The notes below the pieces were generated by a model. It saw nothing but the letters and a program-made list of their open reading frames with translations, searched no databases and had not been told where the DNA came from. This document shows, piece by piece, positions 18,201 to 26,672 of a stretch of 64,000 bases of DNA (position 1 is the first letter of the stretch; each line of letters starts with the position of its first letter). The translations under genes and the position numbers were made by a program. Source of the DNA: Oxalobacter sp. (GTDB lineage Bacteria; Pseudomonadota; Gammaproteobacteria; Burkholderiales; Burkholderiaceae_D); assembly GCA_963618105.1 (NCBI GenBank), contig CAVERB010000101.1, positions 884 through 64,883 of the forward strand. The letters run 5' to 3'.

Positions 18201-18970
18201 GTAAAGATGTGGTCGTGCTCGGCAGAGCACCGAAAAAAGAGGCGACGTCACCTTTCCGTTTCAGTGTCACGGCAGATCTAGGTAACCATTTCATGTTGCA
18301 GGGAATGGGGGTAGAAACCCGTCTTGTGGGACAGCTTATCGCTGCATCACTAGCAGGAGACCGTTTGAAACTCAATGGCAATATCAGTACAGAAAACGGT
18401 GTCTTCAATGCTTATGGTCAGAAACTGGTTATCCGGAGAGGCAAGGCAACTTTCCATGGCGCACCGGATAATCCTGCCATTGATGTCTTGGCAGTGAAAG
18501 AATTTTCATCATCTGATGAAGTCGAGGAAGTCGGTGTACAGGTCAGGGGGACGGCACAGATGCCGAAGATCAAGCTGTACTCCAAGCCTGAAGTCCCGGA
18601 TTCTGAAAAACTGTCCTGGTTGGTGTTGGGATATGGCGGGGGTGAAAATGGTTCAACGCAACAGCGTTCTGCAATGGCGGCTGCGGCAGCTGCCATCCTC
18701 AGTTCGAAACAGACGGGTGGTATCCCAGGGAAACTGGCAGGCGCTTTGGGCATGGATGTCGGTGTTTCCTCTTCTTCCCAGGTGGATGATACGGTGCTGG
18801 CATTGAGCCGCCGTATTGCTTCCAACCTTTATCTGTCATATGAACAGGGACTGACAGGAGCGATCAGTCTCATTAAACTGCGGTACCAGATGTCAAGACG
18901 TATGTCTTTAGTTGGCCAAACGGGAACCATTACAGCGTTCGATGTCCTTTATGACTGGCGGTTTGATTAA
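15203..18970 (+). CDS. tamB: translocation and assembly module inner-membrane subunit TamB (AsmA-like/DUF490)
   Basis: 1255 aa with an N-terminal membrane anchor (LLYLLVPLGVLFCLLMV), a long beta-rich body, and the C-terminal DUF490-type ending LSYEQGL...LRYQMSRRMSLVGQTG. Coupled to tamA. Confidence 0.85.
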   Translation: MRAFLTRFRQFWTRKRLLYLLVPLGVLFCLLMVCSQRWAIQWIVEGVVAAKGEKITFEETSGSLFHELKAEKIVYEGRERDITVKGLVFRWNPLHLLHGKADIDELSASVLEFDLKRSSDEPLKLPASLAPPVSLVVQQIVIDSLSVKKMGVGVTLENIHCALMAEDSEWQVKGLGFDSPLGNVAIDAALQMEKPFALSGKARFDNTEVDAHMTVDAGGTLDNIQLSASLNGYGATGSLKAVVTPFAPFMFDSLDLTASDIDPSKINENWPVARFGAKAHILVNADRSIEGFLQVENGQSGPLEQNRLPIHAVRAAIGGNVDVVELSPLVIDFGSGGSFSGKGTFSEPETFISLKTGGFNLHGITEMLRPTHAVGSVGYHRIDGKQEVTVDLGENHIQLKADVLKEGDLIELKECLLTANGGMMMAKGHLNLDEDRDFELKGNISHFNFAALGKLPSSNLNVGFEASGALKPDWKADFSFDFGPSSLFSQPVSGHGKVRVRGKEVTDAAIDLALGANTFTASGRLGSAGGHLDWQLNAPALGVIGHGFQGSLTGKGTLSGSLDALQGSISLAGHDFMLADLVGAHELQLEASFGTTLSDRIDARLSAEQVTIAGTHWSSLVLRSEGTWRSHTLRASAKSSRFDLAAQLSGGVTTSGEWVGSLEQFENRGEKPFTMSGSAALRFASSEVFSIEDLTLNLGEGRLNVNKLVKKHSRLETSGNARNIPLSWLLSLSEDANAKVNSTLTFGGDWSLRADHALSGEAHVYREDGDITLIGEENRMRLRLTELDIWALFNNSNMDFRLHASSTRLGETDATLKTRLAYRHGNWGLFKDSPIQLALKSEMPSIQWIGMLSGQPDLDLSGSLSADVQGTGTLGTPRLSGTIAGHELGVDCPSNGIHLDRGELSALLEGNRLTITKGILYGEEGRLQIGGGAFMQNGMVNSTLKLHADHLLAMSNVDRQVVLTGDGVFTLDDKGLNLTGSLYVDRAKIVLNDISSVTRSKDVVVLGRAPKKEATSPFRFSVTADLGNHFMLQGMGVETRLVGQLIAASLAGDRLKLNGNISTENGVFNAYGQKLVIRRGKATFHGAPDNPAIDVLAVKEFSSSDEVEEVGVQVRGTAQMPKIKLYSKPEVPDSEKLSWLVLGYGGGENGSTQQRSAMAAAAAAILSSKQTGGIPGKLAGALGMDVGVSSSSQVDDTVLALSRRIASNLYLSYEQGLTGAISLIKLRYQMSRRMSLVGQTGTITAFDVLYDWRFD

Positions 18971-19002
18971 GGCGCCTTTAAGAAACAGGTTCCAGGGAAA
19001 AG

Positions 19003-19722
19003 CTATTGGATACTGTTGACGGTTTGTTGTGTTTCGAGATTGTTGTCTTTGAAATAAAGCTGGACAGGATAATGGTAATTGTCTTTTGCCAGCCAGACAG
19101 TCATGGTCTGGTTCTTGCTGTTGTTGCCAGAGATGACCGCTGTCTGGAATTTCCCAGCTGGGGTGGAAAGGGTTTCATTGCGGGCAACGTGAAAAGACCA
19201 GTTCCTGACTCCCCGATGGCCGATGACCTGTATGGTATAACTGCTGCCAGGGAGAAACCGGTCTTTGTTGCCATTGGCAATGGCAGAAAGCTGCCAGACA
19301 ACGCTGCTGTGGTCCTGGACCTTGCCATTGAATGCAATACTGACTTCTCCATCAGATGGTATGAAAGAACCTTTTGCCTGATTGATGGATGCAGCGAATT
19401 TCTTGCGAAGTTTTGTCTCTGAATAAGTTGCCGGTTCCAGTCCATTCTTGTTGACGATGCCTGAACTGGCAGCATTCAGGACATTGCCAAAGATGGAAAC
19501 GGAACAGCTGTCCCTGATGGAATAGCTTTTGAGGTTGGTTTTCCATTGTATGACGGAATTGCCAGACAAGCTCAGTCCGTTGTATGAAGCGGTCACCTGG
19601 TATTTCAGGGTAGCGGAAGGAGGAATAGCAGTATTATATATCGGTGCTGCCGTGGCAATAGGACCACCAGCCATGATGGCACTGAAAGTCAAGGTGGTAC
19701 AGAGATTCTTGATGGTATTCAT
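19003..19722 (-). CDS. secreted hypothetical protein (resembles the DUF3108 family)
   Basis: Signal peptide (MNTIKNLCTTLTFSAIMAGGPIATAAP) and a GGAGG SD 7 nt before ATG 19722. The beta-rich body and the WLAKDNYHYPVQL ending resemble DUF3108 proteins. The family assignment is from memory only. Confidence 0.6.
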   Translation of the reverse strand: MNTIKNLCTTLTFSAIMAGGPIATAAPIYNTAIPPSATLKYQVTASYNGLSLSGNSVIQWKTNLKSYSIRDSCSVSIFGNVLNAASSGIVNKNGLEPATYSETKLRKKFAASINQAKGSFIPSDGEVSIAFNGKVQDHSSVVWQLSAIANGNKDRFLPGSSYTIQVIGHRGVRNWSFHVARNETLSTPAGKFQTAVISGNNSKNQTMTVWLAKDNYHYPVQLYFKDNNLETQQTVNSIQ

Positions 19723-19838
19723 TTCTGTTTTCCTCCAAACCTGTGATATAAACCACAATATGAGGATGCGGTGGTAATGTCAATATTGCCGCTGTTTCGT
19801 TACCGATATGACACGCTGTTACGTTGCAAGGAAGGGAA

Positions 19839-20315
19839 ATGGTATCGTTTGAAGTCAAGATCTGTGACCGGAAGACAATCCAGGAAAGGCTGAAAATATT
19901 GCCCAGACCGATTGTTTTTACAAACGGGGTGTTTGATATTCTGCATCGAGGCCATGTAACCTATCTTGCCCGCGCCCGTGCATTGGGCGCTTCCTTGGTG
20001 GTGGCGGTGAATACCGATGCGTCCGTCAAGTGGCTGGGCAAGGGAGATGACCGTCCTGTTAACCCCTGTGAGGACCGGATGGCGGTGCTGGCGGCACTCG
20101 AATCCGTCAGTGCGGTGGTGCCTTTTGATGAAGAGACGGCACAGGCTGTGGTCAGTGAATGCCATCCAGACATCTATGTCAAAGGCGGGGATTACGATAT
20201 GCGGTCGATTCCAGAAGGCAAGGCTGTCTTGGCGTATGGCGGTCAGGTGAAAGCCATCGACTTTGAATATGACCGGTCCACTACGGCGCTACTGAAGAAG
20301 ATCCGTCAGGCGTGA
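19839..20315 (+). CDS. hldC: D-glycero-beta-D-manno-heptose 1-phosphate adenylyltransferase (stand-alone RfaE domain II)
   Basis: [18 protein letters not shown] (cytidylyltransferase HxGH motif), VAVNTDASV, and the ending [11 protein letters not shown]. The start is ATG 19839, preceded by AAGGAAGGGA. Confidence 0.85.
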   Translation: MVSFEVKICDRKTIQERLKILPRPIVFTNGVFDILHRGHVTYLARARALGASLVVAVNTDASVKWLGKGDDRPVNPCEDRMAVLAALESVSAVVPFDEETAQAVVSECHPDIYVKGGDYDMRSIPEGKAVLAYGGQVKAIDFEYDRSTTALLKKIRQA

Positions 20316-21168
20316 CAAAGGTTACAGGCTGCTCGCCATCATCATTGGTTGTAGCCGGTGGCTTGCCATCTTGATGTAGGTTGATGAAGTCATACTGTGT
20401 GCGGTCCATCAGGTGCGATGGCACCAGTGTGGACAGTGCTGAGAAAATGTTTTCCACCCGTCCTTTGTACTGCTTCTCCCAGTCTCTGACCATCTGCTTG
20501 ATCTGACTCCGCTGAGGGTTTTCCTGTGCGCCGCATAGTCCTTTGGGAATCACGGGGTATTGGTGGATGTCTGCAAAGCGTTCCAGGTCAGATTCCTTGA
20601 TATATGCCATCGGACGGATGACGATATGCCGTCCATCATCGGTCTTGAGTTTTGGCGGCATCCCCTTGATTTTTGCACTGAAAAACAAATTCAGGAAAAA
20701 CGTTTCCAGAATGTCATCACGATGATGTCCCAATGCAATCTTGGTGACACCCAGCTGGTCTGCCAAATTATAGAGAATGCCACGGCGTAGCCGGGAACAG
20801 AGGGAACAGATGGCTTTGCCGGTCGGGATCAATCGCTCGATGATGCTGAAAGCATCCTGTGTTTCGATATGGAAAGGGATGCCTTTGCTTTTCAGGTAAT
20901 CCGGTAGCAGGTCTTTTGGAAAACCCGGCAGGTTCATGTCGAGGTTGACCGCAATCAGGTCGAAATGGATTGGCGCACGTTTCTGGAGGATCATCAGGAT
21001 GTCCAACAGGGCATAACTGTCTTTGCCACCCGACATGCAGACCATGATCCGGTCGCCTTCCTCAATCATGTTGTAGTCTTTCACCGCTTTACCAGCAAGA
21101 CGCAGCAACCGCTTTGAGAGCTTGTTGGATTCGTAACCTGCTTTATGAAACTGCCGGTAAGTTGTCAT
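20281..21168 (-). CDS. ttcA: tRNA 2-thiocytidine(32) synthetase
   Basis: [18 protein letters not shown] (PP-loop), [10 protein letters not shown] and [14 protein letters not shown]. Confidence 0.9.
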   Translation of the reverse strand: MTTYRQFHKAGYESNKLSKRLLRLAGKAVKDYNMIEEGDRIMVCMSGGKDSYALLDILMILQKRAPIHFDLIAVNLDMNLPGFPKDLLPDYLKSKGIPFHIETQDAFSIIERLIPTGKAICSLCSRLRRGILYNLADQLGVTKIALGHHRDDILETFFLNLFFSAKIKGMPPKLKTDDGRHIVIRPMAYIKESDLERFADIHQYPVIPKGLCGAQENPQRSQIKQMVRDWEKQYKGRVENIFSALSTLVPSHLMDRTQYDFINLHQDGKPPATTNDDGEQPVTFVTPDGSSSVAP

Positions 21169-21183
21169 CTTCTGCGCTTAAAT

Positions 21184-21582
21184 TCAGTCTTCGTCTTTGA
21201 ACCGGAAGACTTCAACACCAATACTGTCACAGTCTTCGTAGGCACCAGGCTTTTCAGAAGAGACTCTGACGGCGATGACATCCGGGTGTTCCAGCAACAG
21301 CCTTGCCACATCATCGATCAGGGTTTCCTGCAAGTTGATATGCCCTTTTGCCGTACGGGCTGCCAAGGTGTCACGGATGAATGAGTAGTCGATGACTTCT
21401 TCAAGCCGATCATTGACCGGAGTTGATTTGGAAAGGGGGATGAACAGATCGACATTGATGAACATCCGCTGTGCTCCTTTTTTCTCGAAGTCATAAACCC
21501 CGATCTTGATAGGAACTTCAAAATTGCGGAGGAAAAAACGGCGGCAGTTCCTGAGTTTGGGATGAAACAGTGGTGTGTACAT
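21184..21582 (-). CDS. folB: dihydroneopterin aldolase family protein
   Basis: IKIGVYDFEKKGAQRMFINVDLFI...VIDYSFIRDTL...LQETLIDDVARLLLEHPDVIAVRVSSEKP fits the FolB/tunnel-fold pattern. The start is set at ATG 21582 (MYTPLF...); an upstream in-frame start at 21657 is possible. Confidence 0.65.
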   Translation of the reverse strand: MYTPLFHPKLRNCRRFFLRNFEVPIKIGVYDFEKKGAQRMFINVDLFIPLSKSTPVNDRLEEVIDYSFIRDTLAARTAKGHINLQETLIDDVARLLLEHPDVIAVRVSSEKPGAYEDCDSIGVEVFRFKDED

Positions 21583-21669
21583 GGGAAATTTATCCAGTTT
21601 TTCCTGTGAGGCTCTAAGTATAAGGCAAGACGGATGGGTTGATTGTCCTGATGCCATGAGGAATTGCTG

Positions 21670-22068
21670 TTACCAGCCTGATTTGATCTGGCGGATACGG
21701 CGGGCATCCCGTTTCGTGGGGCGTCCTTTCTCAATCGTCTTTGCCGGTTCAAACGCCAGTTTCCGGTTTTCCGCCATCTGTTGCCGTCTTGCCTTGGAAT
21801 CTTCAGTTTCCATATAGAGCTGTTGGGCGACAGGCGCAGAACCCCGGACACTGGAAATGCCGATGACCTCAACCTCAAACCGTTCCTCACCCCGTTCAAT
21901 CCGCAGCAGGTCACCGGGCTTCACTTCCCGGGCAGGCTTGATTTTTTGTCCGTCAAGCTGAACCCGCCCCAGTTCCACCGCATGTTGTGCCAGTGAACGG
22001 GTCTTGAAGAACCGGGCTGCCCATAGCCATTTGTCAATCCGGATGGCAGTCAGGGGTTGCTGTTTCAT
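21670..22068 (-). CDS. hslR: ribosome-associated heat shock protein Hsp15 (S4 RNA-binding domain)
   Basis: IRIDKWLWAARFFKTRSLAQHAVELGRVQLDGQKIKPAREVKPGD plus a basic C-terminal tail. Length is 132 aa. Confidence 0.85.
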   Translation of the reverse strand: MKQQPLTAIRIDKWLWAARFFKTRSLAQHAVELGRVQLDGQKIKPAREVKPGDLLRIERGEERFEVEVIGISSVRGSAPVAQQLYMETEDSKARRQQMAENRKLAFEPAKTIEKGRPTKRDARRIRQIKSGW

Positions 22069-22152
22069 GGATGGTCTGTTTATCGGTTGAGAAGAATGTT
22101 TGCGGTATTATAAAACTGTTTTTTCCTTGAAACCTGTTGATACCCGCCAAAG

Positions 22153-23310
22153 ATGATGACCGATCTGCCATTGCCGGATGATGAAGCCCAAACAGTTTCT
22201 GACCGCTTGCATCAGCTGATTGCCGACCGTATCCAGCAGGCAGGCGGTCAAGTTTCTTTTTCCGATTATATGCAGTGGGTGCTGTATGAACCGATATTGG
22301 GTTACTATAGCGGCGGTTCCGCCAAATTGGGGGAAACCGGTGATTTCATTACTGCCCCTGAATTGGGAGACTTGTTTGGCAAAACGCTTGCTCGGGGCAT
22401 TGCACCATTGCTCAGGCAGACAGAAGCACAGATCCTGGAATTGGGGGCAGGGACGGGCAGGTTGGCAAAGGCAGTGCTGACAGAACTGGATACACTGGGT
22501 GTACAGGTGGCGCAGTACAGTATTCTTGAGTTGTCTGGAGAGTTGCAATCTCGCCAACAGGCATTATTGAGAACAGATAAAAGGGTTCAGTGGCTGTCAG
22601 TGTTACCAGTCCGTTTTTCAGGAGTAATCCTTGCGAATGAGGTATTGGATGCGATGCCGGTGAAACTGGCATGTCTGAAAGGCGAGACATGGTATGAACG
22701 GTGTGTTACTTGTCAGGACGGGCAGTTCTGTTTCAAGGACTGTCCAGCATCACCATTATTTCTGTCGCAGTTGGCAGAATCATTGCCGGAAGACATCGAC
22801 TTGGCAGACTTGCCAGAGGGATATGTTACTGAAATTCATCCTCATGCACTGGGGTTCATTCGCTCTCTGGCAGCTATGATGGTGTCAGGAAAATCGGCTG
22901 CGGTGTTGGTGGATTATGGTTTTCCTGCCCGTGAATACTATTTGCCAGAGCGTTCAGAAGGCACATTGATCTGCCATTACCGCCATAGGGTACATGATGA
23001 CCCCTTCCATCTGCCAGGTTTGCAGGACATCACTGCTCATCTGAATTTCACCGTTTTGGCAAAGATAGCGGAAACATCAGGACTGGATGTTCTCTGTTAT
23101 ACCGATCAGGCAGCATTCCTGATGGCATCAGACATCATGGCGTTGTTGCCAGTTATGGACAAAAAGGATGCCGCTTCTGCCAAGTTGGAGCTGGAGGCGA
23201 TGAAACTGCTTTCACCGGCTGAAATGGGTGAATTATTCAAGGTCATGGTATTGGGGCATGATGTGTCAACGGAAGCATTGTTGCAGGCTGATCGGAGCGG
23301 GCGGCTGTGA
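22153..23310 (+). CDS. class I SAM-dependent methyltransferase, MidA/NDUFAF7 (DUF185) family
   Basis: SFSDYMQWVLYEPILGYYSGG...GDFITAPELGDLFG...ILELGAGTGRLA...ILANEVLDAMPV are typical DUF185 blocks. Confidence 0.75.
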   Translation: MMTDLPLPDDEAQTVSDRLHQLIADRIQQAGGQVSFSDYMQWVLYEPILGYYSGGSAKLGETGDFITAPELGDLFGKTLARGIAPLLRQTEAQILELGAGTGRLAKAVLTELDTLGVQVAQYSILELSGELQSRQQALLRTDKRVQWLSVLPVRFSGVILANEVLDAMPVKLACLKGETWYERCVTCQDGQFCFKDCPASPLFLSQLAESLPEDIDLADLPEGYVTEIHPHALGFIRSLAAMMVSGKSAAVLVDYGFPAREYYLPERSEGTLICHYRHRVHDDPFHLPGLQDITAHLNFTVLAKIAETSGLDVLCYTDQAAFLMASDIMALLPVMDKKDAASAKLELEAMKLLSPAEMGELFKVMVLGHDVSTEALLQADRSGRL

Positions 23311-23373
23311 TTGCCTTTTCAAGGGACATGCTATACTGGATAAGCCAATGGCATATCACCGATAGGAGGGATT

Positions 23374-23700
23374 ATGAAAAAAATATTGGTCAGTCTGTCA
23401 GCCGTGGCGTTGGCATTGGGCTGTGCGTCAGTGGCTTCTGCAGGCAAGGTTGATGGTTCATGCAGTTACAAAGGCAAACGGCTTTATGGCAAGGTGAAGG
23501 TGGTTGATTCTTTTCCGGATCTTAAAGTTCAGGTGGTCAGGTCTTTCCCGGATCTCAAGGTGAAAAAAGAGACCAGTTTCCCGAATAGCTGTGGGAAATG
23601 GCAGTTTGTGGATTCGTTCCCTGACTTGAAAGTCCAGTTTGTCGATTCCTTTCCAGATATCAAGATTCAGTATGTGGATTCGTTCCCTGGCAGACCCTGA
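23374..23700 (+). CDS. small secreted protein made of six tandem 11-residue KVQxVDSFPDL repeats
   Basis: AGGAGGG SD 5 nt upstream, an extended -10 (TGCTATACT, 23329-23337), a signal peptide with the cleavage-type site VASA/GK, and two Cys. See the repeat feature below. Confidence 0.7.
   Translation: MKKILVSLSAVALALGCASVASAGKVDGSCSYKGKRLYGKVKVVDSFPDLKVQVVRSFPDLKVKKETSFPNSCGKWQFVDSFPDLKVQFVDSFPDIKIQYVDSFPGRP
23491..23697 (+). repeat. six imperfect 33-bp (11-codon) tandem repeats inside the CDS
   Basis: Units are KVKVVDSFPDL (23491), KVQVVRSFPDL (23524), KVKKETSFPNS (23557, followed by a CG insert), KWQFVDSFPDL (23596), KVQFVDSFPDI (23629) and KIQYVDSFPGRP (23662). Confidence 0.85.
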
Positions 23701-23783
23701 GCATCAAGGACTCCCTAGGAAACAGCGCAGCCAGGTCATCCTCGATGTGGCTTCCTGTCTGAGAGTATCTGAATATCTGAAGG

Positions 23784-24377
23784 TTATTTGCTGATTTTGG
23801 CGGTGATGCTTGCACGGGACATCGGTTCCGTCCAGATGAACCCCTTGTCATTGCGGGAGTCATCGAATTTGTCGCGGCGCATATCCATTTCCCAGCCGCC
23901 ACGGCCAGAGGAGGTTTCTGCCCAGCCTTTCAGGCTGATAGCAATTGGCAGCCGGATTTTCGTGGCGTTCTTGTTCTGGAGCTGTTCATAACCTTTGATG
24001 GCGACCTGCTCAAGGATACGCTGGGCAGGTGGGGAACAGCCGTCTCGCAGGTAATCCCTTGCGCCGGGTGTTGCCAGGACTTTCTGCCAGTCCGTTTCCC
24101 CGGGAGCCGTGTTGTACAATCCTTTGAAGAACTGGTGGGATCCTGCCTGTTCATCCTTGAACCGGATGTCAAAGGTATAGGCGCCGATATAGTTCCAGAT
24201 GCCTGGCAGAGAGTCGGTTTTCTTATAACTGTCAATCTTTACCCATTTGCACTGGTATGCCTTGGTGAGCATTTCCGTCATATCTTCATCATTCGGTCTT
24301 GCACAGCCCGTCATGGAAAGGAAAGCGGGTATCATGCAGCCATATAAAAGGGCGATCCGGATTTTCTTGTTGTTCAT
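23784..24377 (-). CDS. hypothetical lipoprotein
   Basis: The N-terminus MNNKKIRIALLYGCMIPAFLSMTGCARP has a lipobox-like LSMTGC. No family recognised. Confidence 0.6.
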   Translation of the reverse strand: MNNKKIRIALLYGCMIPAFLSMTGCARPNDEDMTEMLTKAYQCKWVKIDSYKKTDSLPGIWNYIGAYTFDIRFKDEQAGSHQFFKGLYNTAPGETDWQKVLATPGARDYLRDGCSPPAQRILEQVAIKGYEQLQNKNATKIRLPIAISLKGWAETSSGRGGWEMDMRRDKFDDSRNDKGFIWTEPMSRASITAKISK

Positions 24378-24426
24378 GGGTAAAAGGTCAACAGCACAAT
24401 TGGTTTCAAAAAATATTCATTTTAAC

Positions 24427-24449
24427 TGAAAAATGGTTCAAGGAACCAT
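24427..24449 (-). terminator. candidate rho-independent terminator after the ubiK-comM-DUF1840 operon
   Basis: The minus-strand RNA reads AUGGUUC-CUU-GAACCAU followed by UUUUCAG. The stem lies at 24433-24449, about 40 nt after the stop at 24488. The loop is tight, so confidence is moderate. Confidence 0.4.
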
Positions 24450-24487
24450 GAAACCATCACCATGGCTTTGGTTCCAGCGGACAGGTG

Positions 24488-24883
24488 TCAGGCTCCCCAG
24501 TACACGCTTTCTTCTTTCTTAAGGGCGGCTTTCAGCATCTGCAGGAGCGGATAGGAACGGGCGGCAAAGCTGACAGTTGATTCAACAATGACTTCCTTTT
24601 CATCCTCATCTGAATCATCTTTGTCTGTATCCTCATCGTCTTCTTCGGCTGCTTTTTCCGCTTCTTCTGCTTCCTTTTTTGCCTGTTCTTCGGCTTTCAG
24701 TTTTTCGAGCTCCTTGGTCCGTACGATTTCCTGCTCGATTTTCTCAATGACAGATGCCGTCTGCTCTGGCGTGATGATGCCTTGCTTGACATCCTTGCCC
24801 AGCAGGTCAAGGATGGGTTTTGCATGTTTGTCAATCATCATAATGTCAGCACTGGCACGGGATTTGAAAATAACAAGCGCCAT
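24488..24883 (-). CDS. DUF1840-like small acidic protein
   Basis: MALVIFKSRASADIMMIDKHAKPILDLLGKD...GIITPEQ resembles DUF1840 proteins (from memory). It has a central KAEEQAKKEAEEAEKAAEEDDEDTDKDDSDEDEKE low-complexity tract. The start is set at ATG 24883 (GAAGGAAA SD), 11 nt after the comM stop. Confidence 0.7.
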   Translation of the reverse strand: MALVIFKSRASADIMMIDKHAKPILDLLGKDVKQGIITPEQTASVIEKIEQEIVRTKELEKLKAEEQAKKEAEEAEKAAEEDDEDTDKDDSDEDEKEVIVESTVSFAARSYPLLQMLKAALKKEESVYWGA

Positions 24884-24894
24884 AATAGTTTCCT

Positions 24895-26406
24895 TCAAAT
24901 GATAAGAGCCCTTCGATATTGGATGGCTTCCGCAATATGCTGGGGCATGATCTGTGGCGATGCAGCCAAGTCGGCAATCGTACGGGCAATCCGGAGAATG
25001 CGGTGATAAGCGCGGGCGGACCATTGGAAACGGGTCATTGCCGTTTTTAGTAGTGTCTCGCCGGTTTTGTCTGGCTGGCAGTAACGGTCAATCTCTCCGG
25101 CAGCCAGTAGGTTGTTCGGCTTGCCTTGGCGGGCGAGTTGAATCTGATACGCTTCTTCGACCCGCTGGGCAATGGTCCTCGAAGATTCACCATCCGCCTG
25201 TTGTGCCAATTCTTCCTGTGAGAGGGAACCGATTTGTATCTGGATGTCGATGCGGTCAAGCAGTGGACCAGACAGTTTGCGCTGGTAGCGAGCAATGGCA
25301 TCCGGTGTGCAGCGGCATTTCCCAGAGGGATGTCCCTGCCAACCACAGGGGCAGGGGTTCATCGCCGCAATCAGCTGGAACTGCGCAGGGAAGGTCGTTT
25401 GGCGAGCTGCTCGCGAAATGGCAATCTGTCCAGATTCCAATGGTTCCCGCAGGACTTCCAAGACATGACGGTCAAATTCAGGCAGTTCATCCAGGAACAG
25501 GACACCATGATGGGCGAGGGAGATTTCTCCCGGACGGGGAACGCTGCCGCCGCCAATCAACGCAACACCGGATGCCGTATGGTGTGGTGCGCGGAAAGGG
25601 CGGACTTTCCAACGCTCAGGCGAAAAACCGCCGTTCAATGACTGGACGGCAGCGGATTCAATGGCTTCGGCCTCGGTCATCGGGGGCAGAATGCCAGGGA
25701 AGCGGGATGCCAGCATGGTTTTGCCTGCCCCAGGCGGTCCGCTCATCAAGACGCTGTGCCGTCCTGCGGCGGCGATTTCCAATGCCCGTTTTGCCTTGAG
25801 TTGTCCCTTGACTTCATTGAAGTCGGGGTAATAGGGGGTATGGGATGTCCCGGCAGGCTGATAAGGCTGCAAGATTGGCGCATTGGCGGGACTGTTCAGG
25901 TGTGCGCAGATGTCTAACAGGGATTGCGCAGGCAGGATGGTCAGTCCTTTTATGAAAGCAGCTTCGTCGGCATTAGCTTTTGGCAGGATGAAAGCCCGTG
26001 GTTCTTGTTGTGATTGATGGATTGCCCAAGCCATTGCTAAAGCGCCTTTGATGGGGCGGAGTTCACCAGACAGGGAAAGTTCTCCTGCAAATTCAAAACG
26101 GTCGATCTGGTGGGATTGGATCTGCCGCGAAGCCGCGAGGATACCGAGGGCAATCGGCAGGTCAAACCGTCCAGATTCTTTCGGTAGGTCTGCGGGTGCC
26201 AGATTCACGGTAATGCGTTTAGCAGGCATCTCGAAATGAGCATTTTGGATGGCGGCACGGACACGGTCTTTGGCTTCCTTGACTTCGGTTTCCGGCAAAC
26301 CCACGATGGTAAAGGCAGGCAGTCCATTGGCGATATGCACCTCAACGGTGACTTCGGGAGCTGTCATGCCGGCAAGTGCACGGCTTTTCAGAATAGCCAG
26401 GCTCAT
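24895..26406 (-). CDS. comM: YifB/ComM family Mg-chelatase-like AAA+ ATPase
   Basis: The Lon-protease-like N-domain (FDLPIALGILAAS), Walker A (LMSGPPGAGKTMLA), GVLFLDELPEF and the CxC...C zinc patch (NPCPCGW...GKCRC) are all present. Confidence 0.9.
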   Translation of the reverse strand: MSLAILKSRALAGMTAPEVTVEVHIANGLPAFTIVGLPETEVKEAKDRVRAAIQNAHFEMPAKRITVNLAPADLPKESGRFDLPIALGILAASRQIQSHQIDRFEFAGELSLSGELRPIKGALAMAWAIHQSQQEPRAFILPKANADEAAFIKGLTILPAQSLLDICAHLNSPANAPILQPYQPAGTSHTPYYPDFNEVKGQLKAKRALEIAAAGRHSVLMSGPPGAGKTMLASRFPGILPPMTEAEAIESAAVQSLNGGFSPERWKVRPFRAPHHTASGVALIGGGSVPRPGEISLAHHGVLFLDELPEFDRHVLEVLREPLESGQIAISRAARQTTFPAQFQLIAAMNPCPCGWQGHPSGKCRCTPDAIARYQRKLSGPLLDRIDIQIQIGSLSQEELAQQADGESSRTIAQRVEEAYQIQLARQGKPNNLLAAGEIDRYCQPDKTGETLLKTAMTRFQWSARAYHRILRIARTIADLAASPQIMPQHIAEAIQYRRALII

Positions 26407-26672
26407 GGTGATGGCTCTGTTGGATTGTCCTGTTGAAAGGAGGCAGATGCTGCCTCCAGTACTGTTATCCGTTTTTCCAGTGCGGCGATGGATGAGCGCA
26501 ACTGGGCGATGGTTAGTTTCTGGACTTCAAAATCTTCGGTAGTGACGACATCCAGCTTGGCAATCACTTGGGTCAACAGCGCCCGGATATTCTGTTCCAT
26601 GTCTTTCAATGGCGAGTTTTCAATCAAAGGTCCAATGGTCGCCTGCAGGCTGTCCAGAAGGGTCTTGTTCAT
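26403..26672 (-). CDS. ubiK: ubiquinone biosynthesis accessory factor UbiK (YqiC/BMFP family)
   Basis: LDVVTTEDFEVQKLTIAQLRSSIAALEKRITVLE is the coiled coil typical of UbiK. It overlaps the comM start by 4 nt. ATG 26672 is preferred to TTG 26690. Confidence 0.75.
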   Translation of the reverse strand: MNKTLLDSLQATIGPLIENSPLKDMEQNIRALLTQVIAKLDVVTTEDFEVQKLTIAQLRSSIAALEKRITVLEAASASFQQDNPTEPSP

